From NCBI GenBank assembly GCA_963676565.1, contig OY781089.1, forward strand, positions 2,016,001-2,080,000: DNA of 64,000 nucleotides, given 5' to 3'. Under the pieces are notes generated by a model. The model worked only from the letters and a program-made list of their open reading frames with translations, was not told where the DNA came from and did no database searches. Every line of letters begins with the position of its first letter. The stretch's first letter is position 1. Origin of the DNA: Halarcobacter sp. (GTDB lineage Bacteria > Campylobacterota > Campylobacteria > Campylobacterales > Arcobacteraceae). Position numbers and translations under genes: made by a program. Positions 18,142-27,364 of this stretch are shown here, piece after piece.

Positions 18142-18891
18142 ATGAATCAAACAATCAAACAATTAAATTCTAGAAAATCAATTAGAGAGTTTACAAAAGA
18201 AAGTGTCAAAGAAGAAGATTTAGAACTTATTATGAAAACGGCACAAAGATGTCCCACTTCAGTTAATGGACAACAAATATCTTTAGTTTATACAAGAAAC
18301 AAAGAAACTATTAAAAAGATTGCAAAATTAGCAGGTGGTCAAAAACAAATTGAAAATGCTGATGTTTTTATAACTGTTGTTGTTGATTTTAATAGAACTA
18401 GTTATGCAGTATCCCAAACAAATGAGATTCAAAATATTGATAAATCAGCAGAGGGGATATTAGTTGGTGCAGTTGATGCAGGGATTATGCTAAGTGCTTT
18501 ACAAGTTGCTGCTGAATCTTTAGGTTACGGAACTACAGCAATTGGTGGAATTAGAAATAATCCAGATGAGATGATTGAACTTTTAAATCTACCAAAAAAG
18601 ACATATCCAATAGTTGGTACAACTATTGGTGTAGCTACAAAAGATGCTAAAGAAGCACCCCTTAAGCCAAGAATTCCTTTTGAGAATTTTGCACTTGAAG
18701 AGGTATATGATAATGAAAAAGTAAAGGAAGGTGTACTAAAATATGAAGTTCAATTAAAAGATTTTAGAGTTAAAAACAACATGAATTATATGCAATCATA
18801 TTGTGAACAAATGTCAAATTATTATAAAAAAATATACAATAGAAAAGTTGCAAAGAGTTACCAATCTCAAGGTTTTGAGTTTATAGATTAA
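18142..18891 (+). CDS. Nitroreductase, NfsA/NfrA-like
   Basis: RKSIREF, PTSVNGQ, VDAGI...AAESLGYG...IGGIRN, KPR. Confidence 0.88.
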   Translation: MNQTIKQLNSRKSIREFTKESVKEEDLELIMKTAQRCPTSVNGQQISLVYTRNKETIKKIAKLAGGQKQIENADVFITVVVDFNRTSYAVSQTNEIQNIDKSAEGILVGAVDAGIMLSALQVAAESLGYGTTAIGGIRNNPDEMIELLNLPKKTYPIVGTTIGVATKDAKEAPLKPRIPFENFALEEVYDNEKVKEGVLKYEVQLKDFRVKNNMNYMQSYCEQMSNYYKKIYNRKVAKSYQSQGFEFID

Positions 18892-18896
18892 TTTGT

Positions 18897-18914
18897 AGAA
18901 CAACTAGTTGTTCT
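18897..18914. terminator. Perfect 18-bp palindrome; probable terminator or processing hairpin
   Basis: AGAACAACTAGTTGTTCT immediately after the nitroreductase stop. Confidence 0.5.
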
Positions 18915-18996
18915 CTTTAGAGTTTGCTACTTTAGTAATTAGTAGTTAATATTAATTTGGTCCCTAAAAAAATGGGACATTTTTTAAGGAAGATAT

Positions 18997-19626
18997 ATGG
19001 AAAAAACATTTATGGAAGCTATGGATTTTAGACATGCTTGTAAGATATTTGATGAGAATAAGAAGGTTTCTGATGAAGATATGAATTTTATTTTAGAGGT
19101 TGGTAGAAAATCACCATCTTCTTTTGGTATGGAAGCTTGGAAGTTTTTAGTTATAACAAACGAAGAATTAAAAGCAAAATTAAGACCTTTTTGTTGGGAT
19201 CAACCTCAAATTACTACTTGTTCTCATTTAGTAATTGTCTTAGCAGGAATTGAAGGTGTTAAACCAGAAAGTGGAATCCCTGAAAAAAGATTTGCTAGAC
19301 GTGATATGCCAAAAGAAAAATTAGATTTTTATTTAGATCTATATGCTAATCATTTAAAAGATGTATTAAGTAGTGATGAAAAGATATACTCTTGGACAGC
19401 AAGACAATCATATATTGCAATGGGTAATATGATGACAGCAGCAGCTATAAGAGGAATTGATTCTTGTCCTATTGAAGGTTTTGATAAAGAGGGTGTTGAA
19501 AAAGTTTTAGATTTAGATACAACAAAATATCAACTATCTTGTGTCTTACCTTTTGGATATAGAATTAATCCTCAATCTGAACAACTAAGGGTAAAACTAG
19601 AAGAAGTAGTTGAATTTATAAGCTAG
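18997..19626 (+). CDS. Nitroreductase, NfsB/FrxA-like
   Basis: RHACKIFD, SPSSFGMEAW, QSYIAMGNMM..AA..GIDSCPIEGF. Confidence 0.9.
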   Translation: MEKTFMEAMDFRHACKIFDENKKVSDEDMNFILEVGRKSPSSFGMEAWKFLVITNEELKAKLRPFCWDQPQITTCSHLVIVLAGIEGVKPESGIPEKRFARRDMPKEKLDFYLDLYANHLKDVLSSDEKIYSWTARQSYIAMGNMMTAAAIRGIDSCPIEGFDKEGVEKVLDLDTTKYQLSCVLPFGYRINPQSEQLRVKLEEVVEFIS

Positions 19627-20765
19627 CTTTTAATAGCTAGTTTATAAACCATTATGATGAAAATTATAATAAATAAGCTAGCTCCAATTATCTCAAAAAA
19701 AGTTTGTACCCCAAAATTTGATACCAATGGATGAAAAACAATTGGTGAACAAAATTGTCCAAGAAACATAGAACTTGTCATATATCCAGAAGATTTAACT
19801 CTTCTTTCAAATGTTGTTCTACTTAACATCCAAGCTGTGACATTAGTCATCATAACTCCACCACCAAAACCTAAAATTGCACTTGTAAAGAAAAATAGAT
19901 TTAGATTATTTACTAATCCAATACCTATAAAACCAATGGCAATAATTGTTAAGGCGATGATATAAATTGAAAAAAAGTCAAATCTCTTTTTTAGTCTAGA
20001 AAAACTTATGGCACCTAAAGCATTTGCAAAAAATGCCAAACCTATAATAAACCCTGCAACTTTTCCTGAAGCTTGAAAGGTATCTATTATTAAAAATGGG
20101 ATTTGTGTTGGTAAAATAAAGAATATTAACATATAAAAAAAGCCTAAAAAATATATCCCAATTAATTTTTTAGGTACAGTAAGCTCATCTTCTAAAGAGA
20201 ATAATTCATCTTTTCTTTTTTCAATTAAGAACATGTAAGCAATAGGTATAAGTAAAAAACCCATTAGATATATACCAAAAGGAAATCTCCAATTTATATC
20301 TGATAAAATTCCACCTCCAATGACAAAAGAAATACCACCTATTGCCATAAAGGCACTTTGAAAGCCCATGAATTTGTGTCTTGCTTCACCTTGAAAATAA
20401 TCACCTACTAAAGAGGTTGAAACTATCATTAATATGGCAACAGAGATACCAAACATTGCCCTTGATAATAAAAATGCTTCTATATGGTCTAAAAATAATC
20501 CTGCACTTCCTGTTGTTGCAAAGATAAATAAAGCAACTAAGGCTGAATTCTTCTTCCCAAATCTAAAAACAAAATGGCCTAGAAATGGTGCAAGTAAAGC
20601 AATTGAAAGTGAAGGTAAAGTCAATATTAGTCTTGAATAAAATTCTATATTTTTAATATCACTAAAATAATCTTGTAATCTTGGTAGGGCAGTTACAATA
20701 GCAACATTGGACATCATTGTTGTCATTGAAATTAAAAGTAGGGTGAAAATTGCTGTTTTTTTGAT
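19623..20765 (-). CDS. MFS transporter (probable start upstream of the track ATG, at ATC 20765)
   Basis: 12-TM pattern; ALPRL, SRAMFG, GDYFQGEAR, WRFPF; frame open 13 codons upstream to an ATC behind AAAGG. Confidence 0.85.
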   Translation of the reverse strand: MKKTAIFTLLLISMTTMMSNVAIVTALPRLQDYFSDIKNIEFYSRLILTLPSLSIALLAPFLGHFVFRFGKKNSALVALFIFATTGSAGLFLDHIEAFLLSRAMFGISVAILMIVSTSLVGDYFQGEARHKFMGFQSAFMAIGGISFVIGGGILSDINWRFPFGIYLMGFLLIPIAYMFLIEKRKDELFSLEDELTVPKKLIGIYFLGFFYMLIFFILPTQIPFLIIDTFQASGKVAGFIIGLAFFANALGAISFSRLKKRFDFFSIYIIALTIIAIGFIGIGLVNNLNLFFFTSAILGFGGGVMMTNVTAWMLSRTTFERRVKSSGYMTSSMFLGQFCSPIVFHPLVSNFGVQTFFEIIGASLFIIIFIIMVYKLAIKS

Positions 20766-20937
20766 AAGTGAGCCTTTTTAAATTGTAAAAAATATTTTAC
20801 CATAATTAGGATTTTGTTCTTTTAAAAGTTTAAAATATTATGACTTTTATCAATAATAAAGAAATAATATTTATTTTTTGTTTCTTTTCAAGTGATATTA
20901 GTTATGATTTTAATAGATATAGTACAAAAGGTATATA

Positions 20938-23448
20938 GTGATTAACTCAAAGATTTTAAGAAAAATAGCAATATTTATTATTTCTATTACTTCACTTTTT
21001 ACTTTTATTATTATATATTTTGTTCTACCTCAGATAAATATTGCATTTGAAGATTTAGAAAAAGAAAATGCAAAACAAACCTTAAATAAAGTTGTTTCTA
21101 TTATTAATAATGTATATGATGATATTGATACTTTAGAAAAATATTCACTTGAAACAAATAAAGAACACTTAAAAGAATTTACAGATATTGTTTGGTCATT
21201 AATTGAAACAAAGTATGAAGAGACTAAGCCTGAAAATATAGGGAATAGACTTCTTAAAAGAAGTGAAGATTTTCAAAAGCATCTTCTACAGTTTTATGAA
21301 GATAATAAAAATAATATGTCAGAGAAAGAGCTTAAAGATGCAATAAAAAATTATATAAGAATCTACAGATATGATGAAAATGGTTACTTCTTTGCAATTG
21401 ATTTTGACTCAAATGTTATTGCTCATCCTATCAGTTCAGAGCTCGAAGAAAAAAATTTTAAAAATATAAAAGATAAAAATAACATCTATTTTGTAAATGA
21501 GATGGTTAATATATCTAAATCTAAAGAAAATGGATTTGTAGAATATATTTGGACAAATCCTTTAACCAAAAAAGATGGAGAGAAACTTAGTTATGTATTT
21601 AAATTTGAACCATATAATTGGATTATTGGTACAGGAGAATATAAAGATGCTATTAAGAAACAACTAAAAAATGAAGTGATTTCTTTAATAGATCAACTAA
21701 GATATGGGGATAACAATTACTTTTTTATAAGTGATTATAATAGTATATTTTTATCTCATCCAGTTTATAAAGGTAGGGATTTTACTAAGATTGAAACTAT
21801 TAAAGGAAAGCGTATTATACCTATCTTAGTAAATCTTGCTAGAAAAGAAGGTCAAGCTTATCATGAATATTGGGTGAAAAATACTACAAAAGATAAAAAA
21901 GCACACAAAAAGATTTCATATGTAGTAAATTACCCAAATTGGGAAATGGTAATTGGTACAGGAGTTTTACTTGATGATATTAATAAAATAATAAATGATA
22001 GAAAAAGAAGTTTATTAAATGAATTAGAAGAGATAGTAAATACTACAAGAATAGGTAAATCTGGATATTTGTATGTTTTCGATTATCGTGGAAATGTACT
22101 TTTTCATCCTAATAGTAATGTAAAAGAAAAAAATTTTTATGATTTTAAAAATCCTAGTAGTGGAAGCTCTATTGCAGAAGATCTTATAAAAGCTTCTCAA
22201 ACAAAAGATAGAACTTTAACTTATAAATGGGATAAACCAAGTGATAAAGGTAATTATATTTATGATAAAATTTCATGGATAAAATATCTTCCAAAACAAA
22301 AACTATATGTTGCCTCTTCTATGTATAATGAAGATTTAAGAGAATCATCAAAAAATTTATCTATGCAGATTATTTATTTAGGTTTAGCTTTTATAATAAT
22401 TTTATTTTTACTTAGTGTTTACTTTTTTAATAAGATACTTTCCCCTTTAGTTAACTTGTCTGAGTATTTTTTACAAGCGGAAAATGGAGATTATAGTGTT
22501 AGAAGTAATATTAATAGTGATGATGAAATTGGAATGGTATCTCACTCTTTTAATAAAATGGTTGACAAAACAGAAAAACTAATTATAAACCTCCAAAAGT
22601 TCGTAGATAATCAAGAAAACATAGTAATATTAACAGATGGAAAAAACTTAGATTTTGCAAACAAAAAAATGTTTAAATTCTTTGGTTTTAAAGATTTAAA
22701 ACACTTCTTAAGTAAACATAGTTCAATTTCAGAAATGTTTATTCATAATGATAGATTTTTTTACCCTGAAAAAATTCAAGGGGAAGATAGTTGGGTTGAT
22801 AAAATACTTTCTATACCTCCTAAAGAAAGAATTGTATCGATGTTGGGAGCTGATTACAATATTTATGCCTTTGCAGTTGGAATTAATGAATTTGATGAAA
22901 ACACTTTTATAATCAGTTTTAGTGATATTTCAGAAAATGTTATTGAGCAAATAAAATTAGAAGAACAAACAATTCGAGATAGATTAACAAATGCATACAA
23001 TAGAGAGTATTTTGAAAGAAATTACAATAAATTTATTAATGAGTTTAATCGTGAAGATAGTTTATTAGCAATTGCTTTTTTAGATATTGATTATTTCAAA
23101 AAAGTTAATGATACTTATGGTCATGATGTTGGAGATAGTGTACTTATAGAATTTGTAAAAGTAATTCAAAAATATTCAAGACGAGATGATATTTTAATTA
23201 GATGGGGAGGAGAAGAATTCATTTTAATATTAAAAATATCATCGAAACATGACTTAAAAAAAGTCCTTGAAAACTTGCGAATTAAAATCTCTGAAAATGA
23301 GTTCTCTACCGTTAAGAATGTGACTTGTTCAATTGGATCAAGTTTATATATTGATAATGAAAATATTGATGAAACAATTAAAAGAGCTGATGTTTGTCTA
23401 TATGAAGCAAAAGCTGCTGGAAGAAATAAAGTAATTGTAAGTGATTAA
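20938..23448 (+). CDS. Multi-Cache / HAMP / PAS-like diguanylate cyclase
   Basis: Three Cache-like repeats (GYFF..HP...WIIGTG); HAMP DEIG; DRLTNAYNR, RRDD I-site, GGEEF. Confidence 0.92.
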   Translation: MINSKILRKIAIFIISITSLFTFIIIYFVLPQINIAFEDLEKENAKQTLNKVVSIINNVYDDIDTLEKYSLETNKEHLKEFTDIVWSLIETKYEETKPENIGNRLLKRSEDFQKHLLQFYEDNKNNMSEKELKDAIKNYIRIYRYDENGYFFAIDFDSNVIAHPISSELEEKNFKNIKDKNNIYFVNEMVNISKSKENGFVEYIWTNPLTKKDGEKLSYVFKFEPYNWIIGTGEYKDAIKKQLKNEVISLIDQLRYGDNNYFFISDYNSIFLSHPVYKGRDFTKIETIKGKRIIPILVNLARKEGQAYHEYWVKNTTKDKKAHKKISYVVNYPNWEMVIGTGVLLDDINKIINDRKRSLLNELEEIVNTTRIGKSGYLYVFDYRGNVLFHPNSNVKEKNFYDFKNPSSGSSIAEDLIKASQTKDRTLTYKWDKPSDKGNYIYDKISWIKYLPKQKLYVASSMYNEDLRESSKNLSMQIIYLGLAFIIILFLLSVYFFNKILSPLVNLSEYFLQAENGDYSVRSNINSDDEIGMVSHSFNKMVDKTEKLIINLQKFVDNQENIVILTDGKNLDFANKKMFKFFGFKDLKHFLSKHSSISEMFIHNDRFFYPEKIQGEDSWVDKILSIPPKERIVSMLGADYNIYAFAVGINEFDENTFIISFSDISENVIEQIKLEEQTIRDRLTNAYNREYFERNYNKFINEFNREDSLLAIAFLDIDYFKKVNDTYGHDVGDSVLIEFVKVIQKYSRRDDILIRWGGEEFILILKISSKHDLKKVLENLRIKISENEFSTVKNVTCSIGSSLYIDNENIDETIKRADVCLYEAKAAGRNKVIVSD

Positions 23449-23502
23449 TCAAAACTGTTTATGATATAATTCCCCTTACAAAAAATCAAAGGTATAGTAA
23501 GA

Positions 23503-24972
23503 ATGGATAAAATTGAGGTTAAAACTCAAAAATTTATAATAAAATTTTTCCCAGAGATAATGGTTAAGGGAACAAAAGCTAAAAGACAAATGATAGACCA
23601 ACTTCTAGGAAATCTTAAAAAATTAGTTGGAAAAATAGATGAAACTGCAAGTTTTAAAAAGTTTTTTGACAAGATCGAAGTTGTTTGTAGTATAGAGTAT
23701 GTTACTGAAATTAGATTAAAGCTACAAGAAACGCCAGGTATAGAGGTTGTTCAAGAGGCTATACAAATTGATAATATGCATTCTTTAGATGATATAAAAA
23801 TAGTTGTAAATGAATATATGTATAAAGAGATTATTGGAAAGACATTTGTTGTAAGAGCAAAAAGAACAGGAAATCAAGATTTTAAATCAACTCATATAGA
23901 ACAAACTGTTGGCGGTTATATGCTTGCAAAAAACCCTGATACTAAAGGGGTAAAATTAAAAGGTGCTGAAGTTACTATAAATGTAGAACTTGTACACTCT
24001 CAATTAAATATAATTACACACAAGTTTAAAGGACTTTCTGGTTTTCCTTTGGGAACTCAAGGAGATATATTATCTTTAATGTCAGGCGGTTTTGATTCAA
24101 CAATTGCAAGTTATTTGATGATGAAAAGGGGGGTTAAAACTCACTTTGTTTTCTTTAATCTTGGCGGGACAGCACATGAAATTGGTGTTAAACAAGTAGC
24201 ATACTATTTATGGAATAAATTTGGGTCTTCACATAAAGTATCATTTATTACTGTTCCTTTTGAAGATGTTGTAACTGAAATATTTAATTCAACAAGTGAA
24301 TCTTACATGGGAGTTACTTTAAAAAGATTAATGCTAATGGCAGCTGAAAGATTGGCTGATGAAAGAAAAATAGATGCTTTAGTTACAGGTGAAAGTGTTG
24401 CTCAAGTTTCTTCTCAAACTCTTAGAAATCTTGCTTTAATTGATAAGGTTACTAATAAATTAGTTTTAAGACCCCTTGCAACTATGAATAAACCTGAGAT
24501 AATGGAAATGGCTGCAAAAATTGGTACAAGAAGATTTGCAGAAGCTATGCCTGAGTATTGTGGAGTTATTTCTAAAAACCCAGTTACCCATGGATCTTAC
24601 GATAGAATGGAAAAAGAGGCTAAGAAATTTGATTACTCTGTTTTAGATAAAGCAGTGGAAAATGCAATTGAAACTAATGTTGATGAAGTTGTAAATCAAA
24701 TTGAGGATATAGGTCAAGTTGAAATTATAAATGATTTAAGTGGTGCAGATTACACAGTTATAGATATTAGGCAAGGTGATGCTTGTATAGAATGTGATTG
24801 CGAAACTCTTAAAATTCCATTTTATAATTTAAAAAATGAGTTTAAAAAATTACCACAAGATAAACAGTATCTATTTTATTGTGATAAAGGGATATTAAGT
24901 CAATTACATGCGCAATATTTAATTGATTCTGAAAAGTATAGTAATATTAAAGTTTATAGACCATTACAATAG
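23503..24972 (+). CDS. thiI: tRNA 4-thiouridine synthase with C-terminal rhodanese domain
   Basis: THUMP; GFPLGTQ, LMSGGFDS PP-loop, TGESVAQVSSQT, PEYCG, YCDKGILS. Confidence 0.95.
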   Translation: MDKIEVKTQKFIIKFFPEIMVKGTKAKRQMIDQLLGNLKKLVGKIDETASFKKFFDKIEVVCSIEYVTEIRLKLQETPGIEVVQEAIQIDNMHSLDDIKIVVNEYMYKEIIGKTFVVRAKRTGNQDFKSTHIEQTVGGYMLAKNPDTKGVKLKGAEVTINVELVHSQLNIITHKFKGLSGFPLGTQGDILSLMSGGFDSTIASYLMMKRGVKTHFVFFNLGGTAHEIGVKQVAYYLWNKFGSSHKVSFITVPFEDVVTEIFNSTSESYMGVTLKRLMLMAAERLADERKIDALVTGESVAQVSSQTLRNLALIDKVTNKLVLRPLATMNKPEIMEMAAKIGTRRFAEAMPEYCGVISKNPVTHGSYDRMEKEAKKFDYSVLDKAVENAIETNVDEVVNQIEDIGQVEIINDLSGADYTVIDIRQGDACIECDCETLKIPFYNLKNEFKKLPQDKQYLFYCDKGILSQLHAQYLIDSEKYSNIKVYRPLQ

Positions 24973-24975
24973 AAA

Positions 24976-24997
24976 AAAAGAGTATCCTTACTCTTTT
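24976..24997 (+). terminator. Intrinsic terminator after thiI
   Basis: AAAAGAGTA-TCCT-TACTCTTTT. Confidence 0.7.
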
Positions 24998-25058
24998 GGA
25001 CTGTGTGTTCTTACTTTAATATGATAAAATAATTTTGAATTTTTCTAAGGAGTCGTTT

Positions 25059-26117
25059 ATGATAAAAGTAAATGAACACAAAACAAATAATAGTCCACGT
25101 TTTTTAATGGTTTTATCAGTACCATTAATTCTTTTTTTAATATTATTATTGGGATACAATAGTTTTATTCCATTAAAAGCTGAACTACATTCAATAGTTA
25201 TAATCTTCTTTATACTTATAATATTTATTTCATTTATTACACATAATGCTTGGTATTCTTTTGCACAGTATAAAAACACAATTTATGATGTTATTGAAGA
25301 GGTTGACAGCTATCTTAATCAAAACCAATTAGTTTTAGCTGGGAAGAAAAAAGCCTTAGCAAATATAGAACCATTTTTTCAAAAACATTTTGAAGAGATT
25401 AGAAATGATAATTTTGCAAGTATTGCAACATCTATTTTCCCAACCCTTGGTATTTTAGGAACTTTTTTAGCCATAGCTATCTCAATGCCAGATTTTACTG
25501 TTGAATCAAAAGAGGCTTTAGAGACTGAAATCACAGTTTTACTAAGTGGCGTTGGAACTGCTTTTTATGCTTCTATTTATGGTATTTTCTTATCAATATG
25601 GTGGGTTTTCTTTGAAAAAAGAGGATTAACAAAAATTGAAAGTGAAATGAATGATATTAAATCACAATATAAAGAGCTAATTTGGGAAAAAGAGGAGATT
25701 GAGTTATATAAAATTTTAGAAGCACAAGAGCAAAACCAAAAATTTATTGAAAAAATTGAAAATGTTGTTACACCTGAATATATAAGTAAGCTTGATAAAA
25801 TTGCCCAAGAAAAAATTGATAAAATACATGCCTTAGATGAAGAGTACAAAGTTAGTGAACAAAGATTAACAAAAAACCTAGCTTCTTTAGGAAAAGTTTT
25901 TGAATTAACTTCAATAAAACAAAATGAGTTATTAGAGAGTTTTGAAAAGATAGAAAACTCATTAAGCAAGTCAAGTGAAGTTTTTGAAAAAAGTGTAAAT
26001 GAACAAAAATCTAATTCTAAAGCTTTAAATAGTGAAATATATTCTGTTTTATCATCTTTTGAATTAGTTTCAAGGGATTTAAAAACCTTAGGGAAAGATT
26101 TGATTGATGCAAAATAA
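25059..26117 (+). CDS. MotA/TolQ/ExbB (ZorA-like) proton-channel protein with coiled-coil tail
   Basis: FPTLGILGTF and GTAFYASIYGI TM motifs; helical C-terminal tail; ATG 25059 behind AAGGAG. Confidence 0.85.
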   Translation: MIKVNEHKTNNSPRFLMVLSVPLILFLILLLGYNSFIPLKAELHSIVIIFFILIIFISFITHNAWYSFAQYKNTIYDVIEEVDSYLNQNQLVLAGKKKALANIEPFFQKHFEEIRNDNFASIATSIFPTLGILGTFLAIAISMPDFTVESKEALETEITVLLSGVGTAFYASIYGIFLSIWWVFFEKRGLTKIESEMNDIKSQYKELIWEKEEIELYKILEAQEQNQKFIEKIENVVTPEYISKLDKIAQEKIDKIHALDEEYKVSEQRLTKNLASLGKVFELTSIKQNELLESFEKIENSLSKSSEVFEKSVNEQKSNSKALNSEIYSVLSSFELVSRDLKTLGKDLIDAK

Positions 26118-27294
26118 AAACAATAATAATACTAATTTTTGGATATCTTATGCTGATTTAATGGCAGGACTTCTTTTTGTTTTTATCCTTTTAATTGGTG
26201 CAATTATTGTTAAATATTCTTTACTGCAAAGTGAATCAAAGCAGTTAGAACAAAATCTTCATAAAGAAAAACTTGCATTAGAAAAAAACAAAGAAGAATT
26301 AGAGAGAAATAAACAAGAGTTAAATAAAAAAGAGGAAAAAATCAAAAATGTTTTGACTGATTTATCTTCATTGGAAATAAAATATAAAAAAACAAAAGAG
26401 GATTTAAAAAATTCACTTATATTAAATGAAGAGTACAAAGCACAAATTAAAAATAAAGAAGAGTTATTAGTAAAAAGTCAAAAAAGTATTGATGATTTAA
26501 AAGATAATATAAATGAAACTAAATTAAAATTAGACATAAGCTTGAAAGAAAAAGAGCAATTAGCTTTGTCTGTTCAAGAGTTAACGGAACTTTCAAAACA
26601 AAAAGATCAAAAACTAGATGAACTACTTGAAGAGGTTTTAGCTAAAAGAACTTTAATTGAGTCTTTTGAAAATAAAACTAAAACATTAAATGATGAAATC
26701 GCTTTAATGACCCAAAAACTTAAAACTTCGGAAAAACTTCATGATAAATTATCTACTCAATTACAAAACACGAGAGACAAAATAAAAAGTTTTACAGGTA
26801 TTAAAGTAAAAGTTATAACCTTACTTAAAAAAAGTTTGGGAGATAAAATACAAATTGATCCTAAAAATGGAAGCTTAAGATTGTCATCAAAGGTTTTATT
26901 TGACGAGGGTGAATATATATTAAAAGAGGATTCAAAAAGTGCTTTAAAAAGTGCATTATATGATTATTTTCAAACAATTTTAGATAACAATGAGATAAAT
27001 AAACATATTGATAAAATAGTAATTGAAGGGCATACAAACTCTAAGGGAACTTATCTTTATAATTTAGAATTATCTCAAAAAAGAGCATTTTCAGTTATGG
27101 ACTTTTTATTAACCCTTGATTTTAATAACCATGAAAATCTAAAAGAGTTAATACTTGCAAGTGGAAGGTCATTTTTAGACCCAATTTATAAAGAGGATGG
27201 AACTGAAGATAGTGATGCCTCAAGAAGAATTGAGATAAAACTTAGACTTAAAAATGAAGAGGCAATTAAAGAGATTAGTAAACTTTTACAATAA
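26104..27294 (+). CDS. MotB/OmpA-family (ZorB-like) protein with long coiled coil
   Basis: FWISYADLMAGLL TM with conserved Asp; coiled coil; IEGHTN...NLELSQKRA...SRRIEI peptidoglycan-binding domain. Confidence 0.88.
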   Translation: MMQNKNNNNTNFWISYADLMAGLLFVFILLIGAIIVKYSLLQSESKQLEQNLHKEKLALEKNKEELERNKQELNKKEEKIKNVLTDLSSLEIKYKKTKEDLKNSLILNEEYKAQIKNKEELLVKSQKSIDDLKDNINETKLKLDISLKEKEQLALSVQELTELSKQKDQKLDELLEEVLAKRTLIESFENKTKTLNDEIALMTQKLKTSEKLHDKLSTQLQNTRDKIKSFTGIKVKVITLLKKSLGDKIQIDPKNGSLRLSSKVLFDEGEYILKEDSKSALKSALYDYFQTILDNNEINKHIDKIVIEGHTNSKGTYLYNLELSQKRAFSVMDFLLTLDFNNHENLKELILASGRSFLDPIYKEDGTEDSDASRRIEIKLRLKNEEAIKEISKLLQ

Positions 27295-27364
27295 ACTTGT
27301 TTAACCTTTCATATATTTTTTTTCGATATAATCGCGTCAGATTAAGATAACGGAGTTTAGAAAT

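Noticed and set aside
18960..18978. GTCCC-N9-GGGAC inverted repeat before the NfsB-like gene
   Set aside because: A 5-bp stem is too weak to assign as an operator or structural element.
25059..27294. Calling the pair a complete Zorya system or flagellar motAB
   Set aside because: No zorC/D/E or flagellar genes nearby, and the long B-subunit coiled coil fits neither canonical form.
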